64,000 nt of DNA from Anaerolineae bacterium (GCA_034431435.1 DAOUDG010000084.1:78591-142590); one strand, 5' to 3'; numbered from the stretch's first letter, positions 20,592 to 29,998 are shown. The notes: generated from the letters alone by a model not told the origin. Numbers and translations: made by a program.

Positions 20592-21821
20592 CTACTGCAC
20601 CGTCACCTGCACCGAGAAGGTCTCGGCGGGGGGGACGCCGGTTTCCCACGGGCGGCGGTAGACCATCTGTAGGGTGGTAGCGCCCGCGCCCGTCGGCTGG
20701 AAGCGAAAGGTCTGCGTGCCTGACGCGCCGATGGCTGCGCTGGCTGGGGTGTACACCGGGTCGCCCAGTTGGGTGAGCAGCGCGTTGGCCGGATCGACCT
20801 GCCAGGTGTAGCCCGTGGTCGGGTTACCCGCCAGGCTGACGACCAGGGTGTTAGCCTGCTGCATGCTGACGCTGCCGCCATTGTTGGCGTCAGTCACTGT
20901 CACATCCTGCCCCGCGCTGGGTGAGGGCGTCGCGGTGGCAGCGGGCGTAGCAGCGGCGGCGGGCGCATCGGCGATGACCACCCGCACCGAGAACGTCCTG
21001 GCCGGGGCGACGCCGGTCTCCCAGGGGCGAACATACACCATCTCCAGCGTGGTCGAGCCGGCGCCCGTTGGCGTGAAGAGGAACGTCTGAACGCCGCCGA
21101 CGCCGGGTGGAGCGTCGGCGGGGCGGGTGTAGGTGGGGTCGCCCTGCGGCTGCAAGAGTGGGTTGGGCGCGGCCTGCCAGGTGTAGCCCGTCGAGGTATT
21201 CGCGCTCAGGTTCACCCGCAGCGTGTCGGTCGGCCTGAGGCGCACCTCGCCGCCGCTATCCTGCTCAGTGACGGTGACGACCGCGCTGGTCGGGCGGCCT
21301 GGCGTCGCCCCACTGGCGGTGAAGGCCTGCTTGACCTGATCGACGGTCATGAACAGCGACTCGTAGGTCGTGGCGGCCGCGCTGCCGTCAGGGTAGGGGT
21401 TCGACTGGGGCAGAAAGGCGACGAAGACGCTCGTCGCTGTCTCGGCGATGGGGACGCCGGGTAGGGCAATCGGCTGGCTCGCCAGGTTGTCCCAATAGGC
21501 CCTGTCGTAGACGTAGATGCTCAACAGCGGCGCTTCGGTCCCGCCGCCGCTGGGCGTGTACACCCAATCGGTGATGAACTTCGTGCCCGGCCGCCGCTGG
21601 TCGGCCGGCGCGCCCCAGTACTCGTACCACCGAAAGCCGTGGCTCACCCATGTCGCGGGTAGCGCCAGGCTGTAGCCTGCCTGCGGGTTGGTATATACGC
21701 CATTCTGAACGCTACCCTGGGGTGCGCCGCTGGGACGGCTGCCCTGGGCGTGACTCGTACCCGCTGCCACGGCGAGTAGCGCGACCGCGACAATCACCGC
21801 CAGTCTCACGCGCGTTGCCAT
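20592..21821 (-). CDS. Secreted protein with two tandem chagasin-family (MEROPS I42) cysteine-peptidase-inhibitor-like domains
   Basis: Signal peptide (MATRVRLAVIVAVALLAVAAGTSHA). Domain 1 approx. nt 20973-21281 and domain 2 approx. nt 20595-20906 each carry the chagasin loop motifs NxxTGYTWQ (NTSTGYTW / NPTTGYTW), GxGG/GASG and RPWE (VYVRPWETG / VYRRPWETG). About 150-aa N-terminal domain of unknown function. Confidence 0.65.
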   Translation of the reverse strand: MATRVRLAVIVAVALLAVAAGTSHAQGSRPSGAPQGSVQNGVYTNPQAGYSLALPATWVSHGFRWYEYWGAPADQRRPGTKFITDWVYTPSGGGTEAPLLSIYVYDRAYWDNLASQPIALPGVPIAETATSVFVAFLPQSNPYPDGSAAATTYESLFMTVDQVKQAFTASGATPGRPTSAVVTVTEQDSGGEVRLRPTDTLRVNLSANTSTGYTWQAAPNPLLQPQGDPTYTRPADAPPGVGGVQTFLFTPTGAGSTTLEMVYVRPWETGVAPARTFSVRVVIADAPAAAATPAATATPSPSAGQDVTVTDANNGGSVSMQQANTLVVSLAGNPTTGYTWQVDPANALLTQLGDPVYTPASAAIGASGTQTFRFQPTGAGATTLQMVYRRPWETGVPPAETFSVQVTVQ

Positions 21822-22091
21822 CGTGCCTCCTCGTTAGCCGCGCTACCTGGTGGGTTGGGCCTCAGACATCCATCTCGCCCAGCGTCAGGATGCGCCAGTG
21901 CGTGACACGGCGCAACATTGTTCGCCTGGAGTCAGGCGCTCTGCCTGGCGGATTATCGCCGCAAGTTCCCTCGACGCCATGTTTCGCCCCCTGTCCCAAC
22001 GGCTCGTCGCCGCCCAACCTCAATTATACGGCAAGCGCCGGGCGGCGCGAACAGCTGGCTTCGTCGCCTCGACGCGGGCATAGGCCCGCCA

Positions 22092-23612
22092 TCAGCGCGG
22101 CGCAGGCGCGGGCAGCGTAGTGGATGGCCGCGTAGCGAGCGCGGGCGACTCAGCCTCGGCGCGCTGTCGCACGGGCAGAGTCGCCGCCGTCGCCGTCAGC
22201 GACAGGACGAACCAGAACAGGGTGACGGAGGCCGGGAACTTGATGTTGACGAAGTAATGGTCCAGCGCGCCCGCCACCAGCACGCCGAAGATGGCCGCCG
22301 TGCCGCCCAGGATGACCGGCTCCAGGTCCAGGTCGCCGCTACGCAAGCCGTCGCGCGCCGCCCAGAAGAACACCAGCGCGACGGCGGCGAACGCTGCCAG
22401 TCCCACCAGCCCTATGTTCTCCGCGAGCAGCAGATACATGCTCGATACGCCGATGTACAGATCGATGTCGGGCGTCGCCGCGTAGCCGACGCCGAACCAC
22501 GGGTGACGGCCGATAAGGTTGATGGCGTCCTTGTACTCGCCCAGGCGCATCTGTGTCGACAGGTCCTGCCCACGCGCGCCGGCAAAGAAGCTCGCCACGT
22601 ATTCCTGGGTCCAGGGCAGGACGAGCACCAGGGCGACGGCGGCTACCAGCCACAGGGCCAGGCGGCGGTAGCGCAGCAGGGCCAGGAAGGCCGCGGCGGC
22701 CAGCAGGCCGAGCATCGAGCCGCGCGAGCGAGAGGCAAACAGGGCCAGGCCCATGACGCTGACGAGGCCCCACGCCAGCCAGCGCGGCAGGATGGGACGC
22801 CGGGCGAACAGGTTGGGAATGGTCAGCGCGGCGACGACGATGAGCAGCCCGCCGAAAGCGTTGGGGTCCACCGAGGTGCTGGTGGCGCGCTGGGGCAGCG
22901 ACGGGTCGTCGTTGATGTAGCGCAGGATACGGTCGCCGGTCGGGTAATCGAAGATGCGCAGTATGGACAACAGGCGCGTCTCGGTGGCGTCGGGTAGCGC
23001 CCACAGCCCGAGGCCCAGCGCCGCCGCCACGCCGCCGGAGAGGACCAGGGCGCGGGTGGCGTTGATCACGTCCGCGTAGCTGCGCAGGACCGTGGGCAGT
23101 AGCCATACCAGGCTCAGCGTCAGCAGGAACTCGGCGAAGCGGCGCAGCAGGTCGCGGGTCAGCAGGGCATTCTCGCTGCCCAGGAGAAAGGCGAAGACAG
23201 CCAGCGCGCCGTAGACAAGGGTCGGCAGCCATAGCGGGGTGGTGCGCCAGCCGAACTCGCCACGGCCCGCCACCACCATGAGCCAGGCGGCGAGCATCAA
23301 GATGAAGGCCAGATTCAGCAGGGTAGGGTTGAAGCCGATGCCCAGGGGCAACGCGCCGAAGGGCAGCAGGGTCAACACGGCGGCCAGCGCCCACACCGCC
23401 CACTGGAGGTGTTGCAGCAGCGCGACGCCGATGACCCCCGCCACGACCGCCGCGATGGCGATGGCGGGCTTACCCCACGCCACCGCCGCCCCGGCGGCAA
23501 TTCCCAACAGGAGTATCCCAAGCAGGAAGAGGAGACTAGAGACTGGAGATTGGCGATTGCTAGATCCGAATCTCCAATCCCTAATCCCGAATCTCCAATC
23601 TCTAATTCCCAC
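22092..23612 (-). CDS. Polytopic membrane protein, O-antigen ligase/polymerase-like (Wzy_C-type) glycan transferase
   Basis: 506 aa, more than 10 TM helices, Wzy_C-like loop (LFASRSRGSMLGLL). The N-terminal 16 codons (GIRDWRFGIRDWRFG) are encoded by a short tandem DNA repeat, so the true start is probably downstream on a non-ATG codon. Confidence 0.6.
   Translation of the reverse strand: MGIRDWRFGIRDWRFGSSNRQSPVSSLLFLLGILLLGIAAGAAVAWGKPAIAIAAVVAGVIGVALLQHLQWAVWALAAVLTLLPFGALPLGIGFNPTLLNLAFILMLAAWLMVVAGRGEFGWRTTPLWLPTLVYGALAVFAFLLGSENALLTRDLLRRFAEFLLTLSLVWLLPTVLRSYADVINATRALVLSGGVAAALGLGLWALPDATETRLLSILRIFDYPTGDRILRYINDDPSLPQRATSTSVDPNAFGGLLIVVAALTIPNLFARRPILPRWLAWGLVSVMGLALFASRSRGSMLGLLAAAAFLALLRYRRLALWLVAAVALVLVLPWTQEYVASFFAGARGQDLSTQMRLGEYKDAINLIGRHPWFGVGYAATPDIDLYIGVSSMYLLLAENIGLVGLAAFAAVALVFFWAARDGLRSGDLDLEPVILGGTAAIFGVLVAGALDHYFVNIKFPASVTLFWFVLSLTATAATLPVRQRAEAESPALATRPSTTLPAPAPR
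23538..23612. repeat. Short tandem/palindromic repeat (CCGAATCTCCAATCYCTAATYCC x2 plus inverted GGAGATTGG), related copy at 40590-40632
   Basis: Direct inspection: ...ggagattggcgattgctagatccgaatctccaatccctaatcccgaatctccaatctctaattccc. Compare 40596-40625: cccgaatccctagtctccaatcgctcatc. Confidence 0.5.
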
Positions 23613-23615
23613 CCC

Positions 23616-24005
23616 CTAGCTCCGGTACACCATGAACACCCCCGCGATGATAGTCAGCACGCCCGCGATACGCCAGGCCGTGACCGGCTCGTTGAGCAGC
23701 CACGCCGACAGAAACACGACGAGGATGTAGCTCATGCTGAGCATGGGGTAAGCCCAGCTCAGATGGGCCTTGGAGAGAACCGACAGCCAGAAGAGGGAGC
23801 CGCCGAAGATGAGGATGAAGCCGATCAGCACAGCCGGCGTGGTGAAGGCGCGGATGAGCGTCGGGATGGCATGCATCCCCGTCAGGTCCAGGTTGCCCAC
23901 CTGGTTCATACCGACTTTGAGGAGCATCTCGCCGCAGACGGAAAAGCTGATGGCAATGAGCAGAGCGACAATCGGTGACATAGCGAAGCGACCTTTAGCT
24001 TTCAA
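23616..24005 (-). CDS. Small 4-TM EamA/SMR-like protein, ArnE/ArnF-like (lipid-linked aminosugar flippase subunit-like)
   Basis: 129 aa (alternative start MSPIVALL at 23981). Block AYPMLSMSYILVVFLSAWLLNEPVTAWRIAGVLTIIAGV resembles ArnE/ArnF (AYPMLSLNFVWV...). Confidence 0.6.
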   Translation of the reverse strand: MKAKGRFAMSPIVALLIAISFSVCGEMLLKVGMNQVGNLDLTGMHAIPTLIRAFTTPAVLIGFILIFGGSLFWLSVLSKAHLSWAYPMLSMSYILVVFLSAWLLNEPVTAWRIAGVLTIIAGVFMVYRS

Positions 24006-25113
24006 CCGTCGCGCGCTCGCCCAACGACTGCACTTGCAGGGCGACGTAGACGACTTCCTCGTCGGTGAGCTCGGGGTAGATGGGCAGCGACAGGACTTCC
24101 TGCGCCGCCGCCTCTGCCTGGGGAAAGGCGCCGGGGCCGTAGCCTAGCTCGGCGTACGCGCCCTGACGATGGGCAGGCGTCGGGTAGTGGACCATCGTCC
24201 CCACGCCGTGGGCGTGGAGGTGCGCGGCCAGCGCGTCGCGGTCGGGGGTGCGCACGACGTACAGGTGGTAGACCGGCTCCACGTCGGGGGCGACGTAGGG
24301 CACGACGACCGCGCTGCCCGGCAGCAAGGCATCATAGCGCGAAGCGATGGCGCGGCGGCGGGCGTTGTCCTCGTCCAGGTGCGCCAGCTTCACGCCCAGA
24401 ATGGCCGCCTGCATCTCGTCCAGGCGGCTGTTGAGGCCAAGACTATCGTGGGCGTAGCGTGCGCTCTGGCCGCCGTTGCGCAGCCGCTTCACCCGCTCGG
24501 CGATCGCCTCCGAGGCCGTGACAACCATGCCGCCGTCGCCATACGCGCCGAGATTCTTGGTAGGATAGAAGCTGAAAGCCGCCGCGTCGCCCAGCGTGCC
24601 GACCGGCTGGCCGCGATAGCGCGCGCCGTGGGCCTGGGCGCAATCCTCGACCACTCGCAGATCACACTGGTCGGCCAGTTCCAGCAGTGGCCCCATGTCC
24701 GCAGGCTGCCCATAGAGGTGGACGGGCATGATGGCGCGCGTGCGCGGGGTGATGGCTGCCGCGACGCGGTCAGGGTCAAGGTTGTAGGTACGCGGGTCGA
24801 TATCGACGAAGACGGGTGTCGCGCCTGTCGCCGAGATGGCGAACACGCCGAACGCGGCCGTCAGCGGCGAGGTGATGACCTCGTCGCCGGGACCAATCCC
24901 CAGCGCGCGGAAGGCTAGCTCAATAGCGTCGGTCCCCGAATTGCAGCCTACGGCGTGGGGCATGCCCAGGTAGGCGGCGAACTCTTCCTCGAAGCGCTCC
25001 AGCTCCGGCCCCAGGATGAACCAACCTCGGTCGAGCACGCGGCCGAGGGCCGCGTCGATCTCTGGCCGCAGGCGGGCCACCTGACGCTCGAAGGTGTTGA
25101 AGGGAATCCTCAT
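23995..25113 (-). CDS. DegT/DnrJ/EryC1/StrS family PLP-dependent sugar aminotransferase (ArnB-like)
   Basis: MRIPFNTFERQ...GCNSGTDAIELA...FSFYPTKNLGAYGDGGMVVT. Start ATG at 25113 overlaps the upstream gene's stop (ATGA). Confidence 0.9.
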   Translation of the reverse strand: MRIPFNTFERQVARLRPEIDAALGRVLDRGWFILGPELERFEEEFAAYLGMPHAVGCNSGTDAIELAFRALGIGPGDEVITSPLTAAFGVFAISATGATPVFVDIDPRTYNLDPDRVAAAITPRTRAIMPVHLYGQPADMGPLLELADQCDLRVVEDCAQAHGARYRGQPVGTLGDAAAFSFYPTKNLGAYGDGGMVVTASEAIAERVKRLRNGGQSARYAHDSLGLNSRLDEMQAAILGVKLAHLDEDNARRRAIASRYDALLPGSAVVVPYVAPDVEPVYHLYVVRTPDRDALAAHLHAHGVGTMVHYPTPAHRQGAYAELGYGPGAFPQAEAAAQEVLSLPIYPELTDEEVVYVALQVQSLGERATVES

Positions 25114-25883
25114 AATAGTTGCTTCTCTCTCGGCGGCGCGACCGGCGCCGTCGGCCCGGCCGGTGCGGGCTGGCTGCCCTTCAGCAGCACCAGGCTGACC
25201 CACAGCGTGCCAATGTCGCGCACGACGCGCACCAGGCGCGGGAAGTTGAAGAATTGGGAGATGCCGTAGACGCGGTGATAGTGGTGGACCGGCACTTCCT
25301 CGAACACGAAACCCGCGTCGGTAAACTTCTTGACCATCTCCAGCGGCAGCGTGCCATCTTTAGACACCAGCGTCACGGCGTCGAAGCACGAGCGGCGAAT
25401 CAGGCGAAAGTCGCAGTCCACGTCCCGAATCGTGAAGCCGAACAGGAGCTTCATGCCGTGGTGGTAGAGGCGGCCGATAACGATGCGATGCCAGGGATCG
25501 TTGCGGCTGATCTTATAGCCGTTGATGATATCCACCTCCGGCCGCATACGATCGGTGAGCTTGAGAAGCTCCCGCACGTCGTATTGCGCGTCGCCGTCGG
25601 TGTAGAACACCCAATCCTTGCTGGTCTGGGCGAACAACGAGCGCAGGTTGCCACCGTAGCCCAGGTTCTTGGGGTGGTGAAATACACGCAGGCGGGGCAC
25701 GACGCCCGTCAGAATATCCAGAATCTGGCCGGTATAGTCGGCGCTGCCGTCGTTGCCCACCAGAATCTCATAATCGTCGGTGACTTGCTTCAACATGGCG
25801 TCGGCCATGAGAACCATGCTGGCGATGGTGCCGCCGTCGTTGTAGGCGGGGAAGACAGCCGATATGCTGGGTCGGGGCATCCG
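25110..25883 (-). CDS. GT2 family glycosyltransferase, polyprenyl-phosphate sugar transferase type (ArnC/DPM1-like)
   Basis: MPRPSISAVFPAYNDGGTIASMV...VGNDGSADYTG...DGDAQYD. Small GT-A with DxD and a C-terminal amphipathic region. Confidence 0.85.
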   Translation of the reverse strand, partial: RMPRPSISAVFPAYNDGGTIASMVLMADAMLKQVTDDYEILVGNDGSADYTGQILDILTGVVPRLRVFHHPKNLGYGGNLRSLFAQTSKDWVFYTDGDAQYDVRELLKLTDRMRPEVDIINGYKISRNDPWHRIVIGRLYHHGMKLLFGFTIRDVDCDFRLIRRSCFDAVTLVSKDGTLPLEMVKKFTDAGFVFEEVPVHHYHRVYGISQFFNFPRLVRVVRDIGTLWVSLVLLKGSQPAPAGPTAPVAPPREKQLL

Positions 25884-26010
25884 AGACTCCTGGCGAGGCG
25901 AATTGTGGCGAATCTTAGCACGTTCCGCCACGCGCGGCAAAAAGGGCGCTACGTGTTTGTCGCCACGCCCCCCGGACGCTACAATTGGAGTCACTCACAG
26001 CGAGGAAACT

Positions 26011-27825
26011 ATGCCGACGCTTTATCGTAGAGTAATACGCATCCCTGCCCGTTACGCCGCGCGCGGTACGCGCCGCGCCGCACGGCTAACGCTGAGCGTT
26101 GTAGAAGGAACAGTATCCATGCCCGCGAAGATCGCGCCGCCCCAGTCAAGAGTCTCCGATATGCTTGCCAACGCGGTCCGCTGCGTATCCAACCTGCGCC
26201 GCGAGATGCCTAACCAGCCCCTGCCCGACTACGTCCTGCTCGACATCACGGGCGACTTCGTTGAACGCGAGGAGTTGCAGCCCTGGCCGTTGCGCTTCCT
26301 GCCCCAGACACGCCGTCCCTCCGTCGAGAGCCTGCGCCAGGCGATGGAACTGATTGCCGAGGACCCACAGGTCCAGGGCGTCGTGCTGCGCATTCACGCG
26401 CTTAGCAGCGCGCTGGCAACGATCCAGAGCCTCCGCCAGATCATCCTCCGCTTCCGCGACAGCGGCAAGCGTGTCGTCGCCTACCTCGAAGACATCGACC
26501 TGCGTAGCTACTATCTTGCCACGGCCGCCGACGACATCCTCGCGCCGGAGAGCGCCACCTTCCTCGTCCTCGGCCTGGCCGTGCAGAGCGTCTTTCTCAA
26601 GGATGCCCTGGGCCGCATCGGCATCAAGGGCGATTTCCTGGCCGTCTCGCCCTACAAGTCGGCTGCCGACCAGATCACTCGCTCTGACATGTCGCCGGAG
26701 GTCCGTGACCAGTTCAACTGGCTGCTCGACTCCAACTGGCAGACCATCCTGAGTGACATTGGCGATAGCCGTGGTCTCACGCCCGACGTGGTGAGCGATT
26801 TGCTCGACCGCTCGCCCATGTCGGCGTCGAAGGCGGTCGATAGCGGCCTCATCGACCACATCCTGTACGAGGACGACCTGGGCGACTTTCTGGGCGGTGA
26901 GCCGCGCGTCATGCCCTGGCCGGAAGCCGTCAATCACCTGTACCAGCCCTACACCTGGCACGCTGACAAGGCCATCGGCGTCATCAGCGTCGAGGGCGCT
27001 ATCACGCCCGGCGAGAGCCGCCGCAACCCCTTCCCGCTGCCCATGCCCATCGTCCAGGATGGGCGCGCCGGCGCGGAGACGGTGGTGCGCATCTTTCGCC
27101 AGGCCGAGAAGAACGATAGGGTGGCCGCCATCGTGATGCTGGTCAATTCGCCCGGCGGCGATGTCGTGGCTTCGGACCTTATCGCCCGTGAGGTGCAGCG
27201 GGTGCGCGCCAATAAGCCGGTGGTCGTCTACATGGGCGACGTGGCGGCGTCGGGCGGCTACTACGTGTCCACCCACGCCGACCGCATCGTGGCCCAGCCA
27301 GCGACGATTACGGGGTCCATCGGCGTCATCATGGGCAAGCTCGTCACTGGCGGCCTGTTCGACCGCCTGCACGCCAACGTCGAGACCGTCAAGCGCGGCG
27401 CGACGGCCACGATGCTGTCGTCGGACGAGCCGTTCACCGACACCGAGCGCGAGCGCCTGCACGACATCCTGATGGATACGTACGACCTGTTCAAGCGTCA
27501 GGTCGTCGAGGGGCGCGGCCTGTCTCCCGACCGCGTCGAGGAGATGGCGCAGGGCAAGGTGTGGACCGGGCAGCAGGCTCAGGAACTGGGATTGGTCGAC
27601 GACCTGGGCGACTTCGAGGTGGCTGTCAAGAAGGCGGCGCAACTGGCCGGGCTGCCCGACGACCGCAAGGTGTCGGTAGTTGCCCTCAGCGCGCCGCGCA
27701 CCCCCATCCTGCCGCCGCGCCTGGCCGACCCCAAGGCGTGGCTCCAGGAGGCGCGGGAGAGCCTGGGCCTGTTCTTCAACGGCCGCGTCCTGGCCCTCTT
27801 GCCCTACGATATCCAGATCAAGTAG
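26011..27825 (+). CDS. sppA: Signal peptide peptidase SppA (peptidase S49, 67K type, tandem S49 domains)
   Basis: Two ClpP/crotonase-like S49 repeats (GKRVVAYLEDI...; VNSPGGDVVASDLIAREV...GDVAASGGYYVS). Start ambiguous: 26011 or 26122, both with an RBS. ORF opens at 25864. Confidence 0.8.
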   Translation: MPTLYRRVIRIPARYAARGTRRAARLTLSVVEGTVSMPAKIAPPQSRVSDMLANAVRCVSNLRREMPNQPLPDYVLLDITGDFVEREELQPWPLRFLPQTRRPSVESLRQAMELIAEDPQVQGVVLRIHALSSALATIQSLRQIILRFRDSGKRVVAYLEDIDLRSYYLATAADDILAPESATFLVLGLAVQSVFLKDALGRIGIKGDFLAVSPYKSAADQITRSDMSPEVRDQFNWLLDSNWQTILSDIGDSRGLTPDVVSDLLDRSPMSASKAVDSGLIDHILYEDDLGDFLGGEPRVMPWPEAVNHLYQPYTWHADKAIGVISVEGAITPGESRRNPFPLPMPIVQDGRAGAETVVRIFRQAEKNDRVAAIVMLVNSPGGDVVASDLIAREVQRVRANKPVVVYMGDVAASGGYYVSTHADRIVAQPATITGSIGVIMGKLVTGGLFDRLHANVETVKRGATATMLSSDEPFTDTERERLHDILMDTYDLFKRQVVEGRGLSPDRVEEMAQGKVWTGQQAQELGLVDDLGDFEVAVKKAAQLAGLPDDRKVSVVALSAPRTPILPPRLADPKAWLQEARESLGLFFNGRVLALLPYDIQIK

Positions 27826-27829
27826 GCCG

Positions 27830-28594
27830 CTACGACGAGGAAGCGCGGCCAGACTCGGTGAGCGACGCGGGGGCGTGGTGAACGCCGCACGCCCTCACAA
27901 ACGCCTCGAACAGCGCGCGCATCTCCGGCGCGTCGGGCAGCGCCTCTGGATGCCACTGCACAGCCAACCCGAAGGGATGTCCTTCGATCTCCACCGCCTC
28001 GACCACCCCATCTGGCGCCCGCGCCACCACCCGCAGCCCCGCCGCCACGTCGCGCACCGCCTGATGGTGCAGGCTGTTGACGGCCAACGTGGGGCGGTTG
28101 ACAATCTGCGCCAGCAGCGAGTCCGGGGCCAGGCTCACGTCGTGCGGGCGCAGGTCGAAGGGCAGGCCGGGATAGTAGGCGTGGCGCTCGGCGTCGGCGT
28201 GGTCGCCGGTGTCCACGTACAACGAGCCACCCAGCGCCACGTTCAGCACCTGCGAGCCGCGACAGATGCCAAACACTGGCTTGCTGTCGGCCACCACCCA
28301 CCGCGCCAGGTCCAGCTCCACCCGGTCGCGGTCGGCGTCCACACCCCCCACTGATGCGGTCGTCTCGGCGCCATAGCGGTCGGGGGCCACGTCGCCGCCG
28401 CCTGGCAGCAGCACCCCGTCCAGCCGCTCGTAGAGCGCGCGGAGCGTGTCGGAGCCAATCGCCAGCGGGATGAGCACGGGCAGCCCGCCCGCGTCCTCCA
28501 CGCCCTGCACGATAGCCTGCAACAGGTTGTCGAGACTGTCGCGGTCAGGCGCGTCGGCGGGGTTGGCAGTAATTCCGATCAGCGGGCGGGTCAT
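27830..28594 (-). CDS. Class I glutamine amidotransferase-like, gamma-glutamyl-GABA hydrolase (PuuD/peptidase C26) family
   Basis: LIGITAN...VLLPGGGDV...FGICRGSQVLNVALGGSL...LHHQAV: C26 catalytic Cys-His signature. Confidence 0.85.
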   Translation of the reverse strand: MTRPLIGITANPADAPDRDSLDNLLQAIVQGVEDAGGLPVLIPLAIGSDTLRALYERLDGVLLPGGGDVAPDRYGAETTASVGGVDADRDRVELDLARWVVADSKPVFGICRGSQVLNVALGGSLYVDTGDHADAERHAYYPGLPFDLRPHDVSLAPDSLLAQIVNRPTLAVNSLHHQAVRDVAAGLRVVARAPDGVVEAVEIEGHPFGLAVQWHPEALPDAPEMRALFEAFVRACGVHHAPASLTESGRASSS

Positions 28595-28606
28595 ACGAAC
28601 TCCCCC

Positions 28607-29776
28607 CTATTCCATGCTCGTGGTAATGGGCAGGCCGCGCTCGCGGCGGCTACGCTCGCCCCAGATCAGGATGCGCTCGCCCAGGTCGCGGGCGGCGGTG
28701 GGTCTGGCCAGGGCCAGGCAGCGCGTCTGCATGTCGGCCAGCGTGGCGTTGCCGGGGCGCAGCCACTCGCGCAAGGTGTCGACCACGGCCTCCGACGTGA
28801 AGGCCGCTGCCCCTACCTCCTCGTTGACGACATAATCGACGTTGGCCTTCTCCTGGCCGGGCACGTAGCCTGAGAGGAGCATGGGCAAGCCCTCGATGAG
28901 CGCCTCAGCGATGGTGCCGGGGCCGGCCTTGGTGACGATCACGTCCGACGCCGCCATCCACTCCGGCATGTTCCGCACGAAGCCGGTCACGACCGTCGGC
29001 GCGGTCCAGTCGAAGGCGTCCAGCTCCTCCTTGAGGGTAGCGTTGCGGCCGGCGATGACGGCCATCTGCACATCCAGCTCGCTGGCGTCAATGGCGACCG
29101 CCGTGTCGTACACGTTGCCCATGCCCTCGCCGCCGCCGACGATGAGAATGGTGGTCGTGTCGGGGCGTAGTCCGAGGCGACGACGCAGCGCGGCGCGCTC
29201 GCCGCTGAACGGCTGGAAGCGCGGGCTGACGGGCTGCCCTACCACCTCGATGCGCCCCGGTTCCAGGCCCAGGCGTATGCCCTTGTCGCGCGCCGGCTCA
29301 GTCGGCACGTAGGTGAAGTTCACTCGACCATCGTACCACGCCGCGCTGCCGTCTACCAGGTCAGTCACCACTGTCAGGACAGGGATGGGCTGTGGCAAGG
29401 CGCGCGCCGCCACCGCCATCGGTGTCGAGGCCAGGGGATGCACCGACACCACCACATCAGGGTCGTGGGCCTGGATGAGCCGCACGAAGCGGCCCTTCAT
29501 CGTTGGCAGCAGGGCGCGCCAGAGCGGGTCGCGCACCAGGCGGTACTCGCCCAGCTTCCATGACATGTGCCATGTCCAGTCGGCCTTGTTGACCATCGGC
29601 CCATACAGCGCGCCGGTGCGGTTGAGGGGCGGCGGGAACGCTTCCACGTAGAAATCGGCCAGCGATACCTCGGCCCGGCCCGGCCAGTACAGGTCGATGG
29701 CTTCGTGGATAGCCTGCGCCGCGCTGCGGTGGCCGCCGCCAGTGTCGGAGAAAAGGAAGAGGATGCGAGTTGGCAC
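28607..29776 (-). CDS. Monogalactosyldiacylglycerol synthase-like glycosyltransferase (GT28; MGDG/diglucosyl-DAG synthase family)
   Basis: ILFLFSDTGGGHRSAAQAI N-terminal motif diagnostic of MGD1/UgtP-type GT28 enzymes, plus a C-terminal GT-B Rossmann half. Confidence 0.8.
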   Translation of the reverse strand: MPTRILFLFSDTGGGHRSAAQAIHEAIDLYWPGRAEVSLADFYVEAFPPPLNRTGALYGPMVNKADWTWHMSWKLGEYRLVRDPLWRALLPTMKGRFVRLIQAHDPDVVVSVHPLASTPMAVAARALPQPIPVLTVVTDLVDGSAAWYDGRVNFTYVPTEPARDKGIRLGLEPGRIEVVGQPVSPRFQPFSGERAALRRRLGLRPDTTTILIVGGGEGMGNVYDTAVAIDASELDVQMAVIAGRNATLKEELDAFDWTAPTVVTGFVRNMPEWMAASDVIVTKAGPGTIAEALIEGLPMLLSGYVPGQEKANVDYVVNEEVGAAAFTSEAVVDTLREWLRPGNATLADMQTRCLALARPTAARDLGERILIWGERSRRERGLPITTSME

Positions 29777-29782
29777 GCTATC

Positions 29783-29998
29783 TCACTCTGCGGGGGGCGC
29801 GGCCGGTCCGCGCTGCAAGACGACCTTGACGCTCTTCTCGAACTTGGGGCGCGGGATGAGGACGCGATGGCCGCAGGTGCGGCAGGTGACGCCGATGTCA
29901 GCGCCGAGGCGCACCACTTCCCAGTCCGTGCCGCCGCAGGCGTGCGGCTTGCGGAGGCGGACTATGTCACCCAGGTAGAACTGCGGGATGTCAGGCAT
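29783..29998 (-). CDS. DUF951 family small protein
   Basis: 71 aa: [48 protein letters not shown] matches the DUF951 consensus (Firmicute YyzM-like). ATG with an AAGGAG-like context. Confidence 0.7.
   Translation of the reverse strand: MPDIPQFYLGDIVRLRKPHACGGTDWEVVRLGADIGVTCRTCGHRVLIPRPKFEKSVKVVLQRGPAAPPAE

Noticed and set aside
22339-23403. 354-aa minus-strand ORF in an alternative frame of the Wzy_C-like membrane protein gene
   Set aside because: Same strand, different frame. R/P/G-rich product. The TM-rich frame is clearly the coding one.
23538-23612. Possible CRISPR array suggested by short repeated CCGAATCTCCAATC units
   Set aside because: Only two or three degenerate about 21-bp units with no regularly spaced unique spacers and no cas genes. 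Treated as a simple tandem/palindromic repeat.
26146-27642. 498-aa minus-strand ORF antisense to sppA
   Set aside because: Antisense to a gene with two clear S49 peptidase domains. Low-complexity product.
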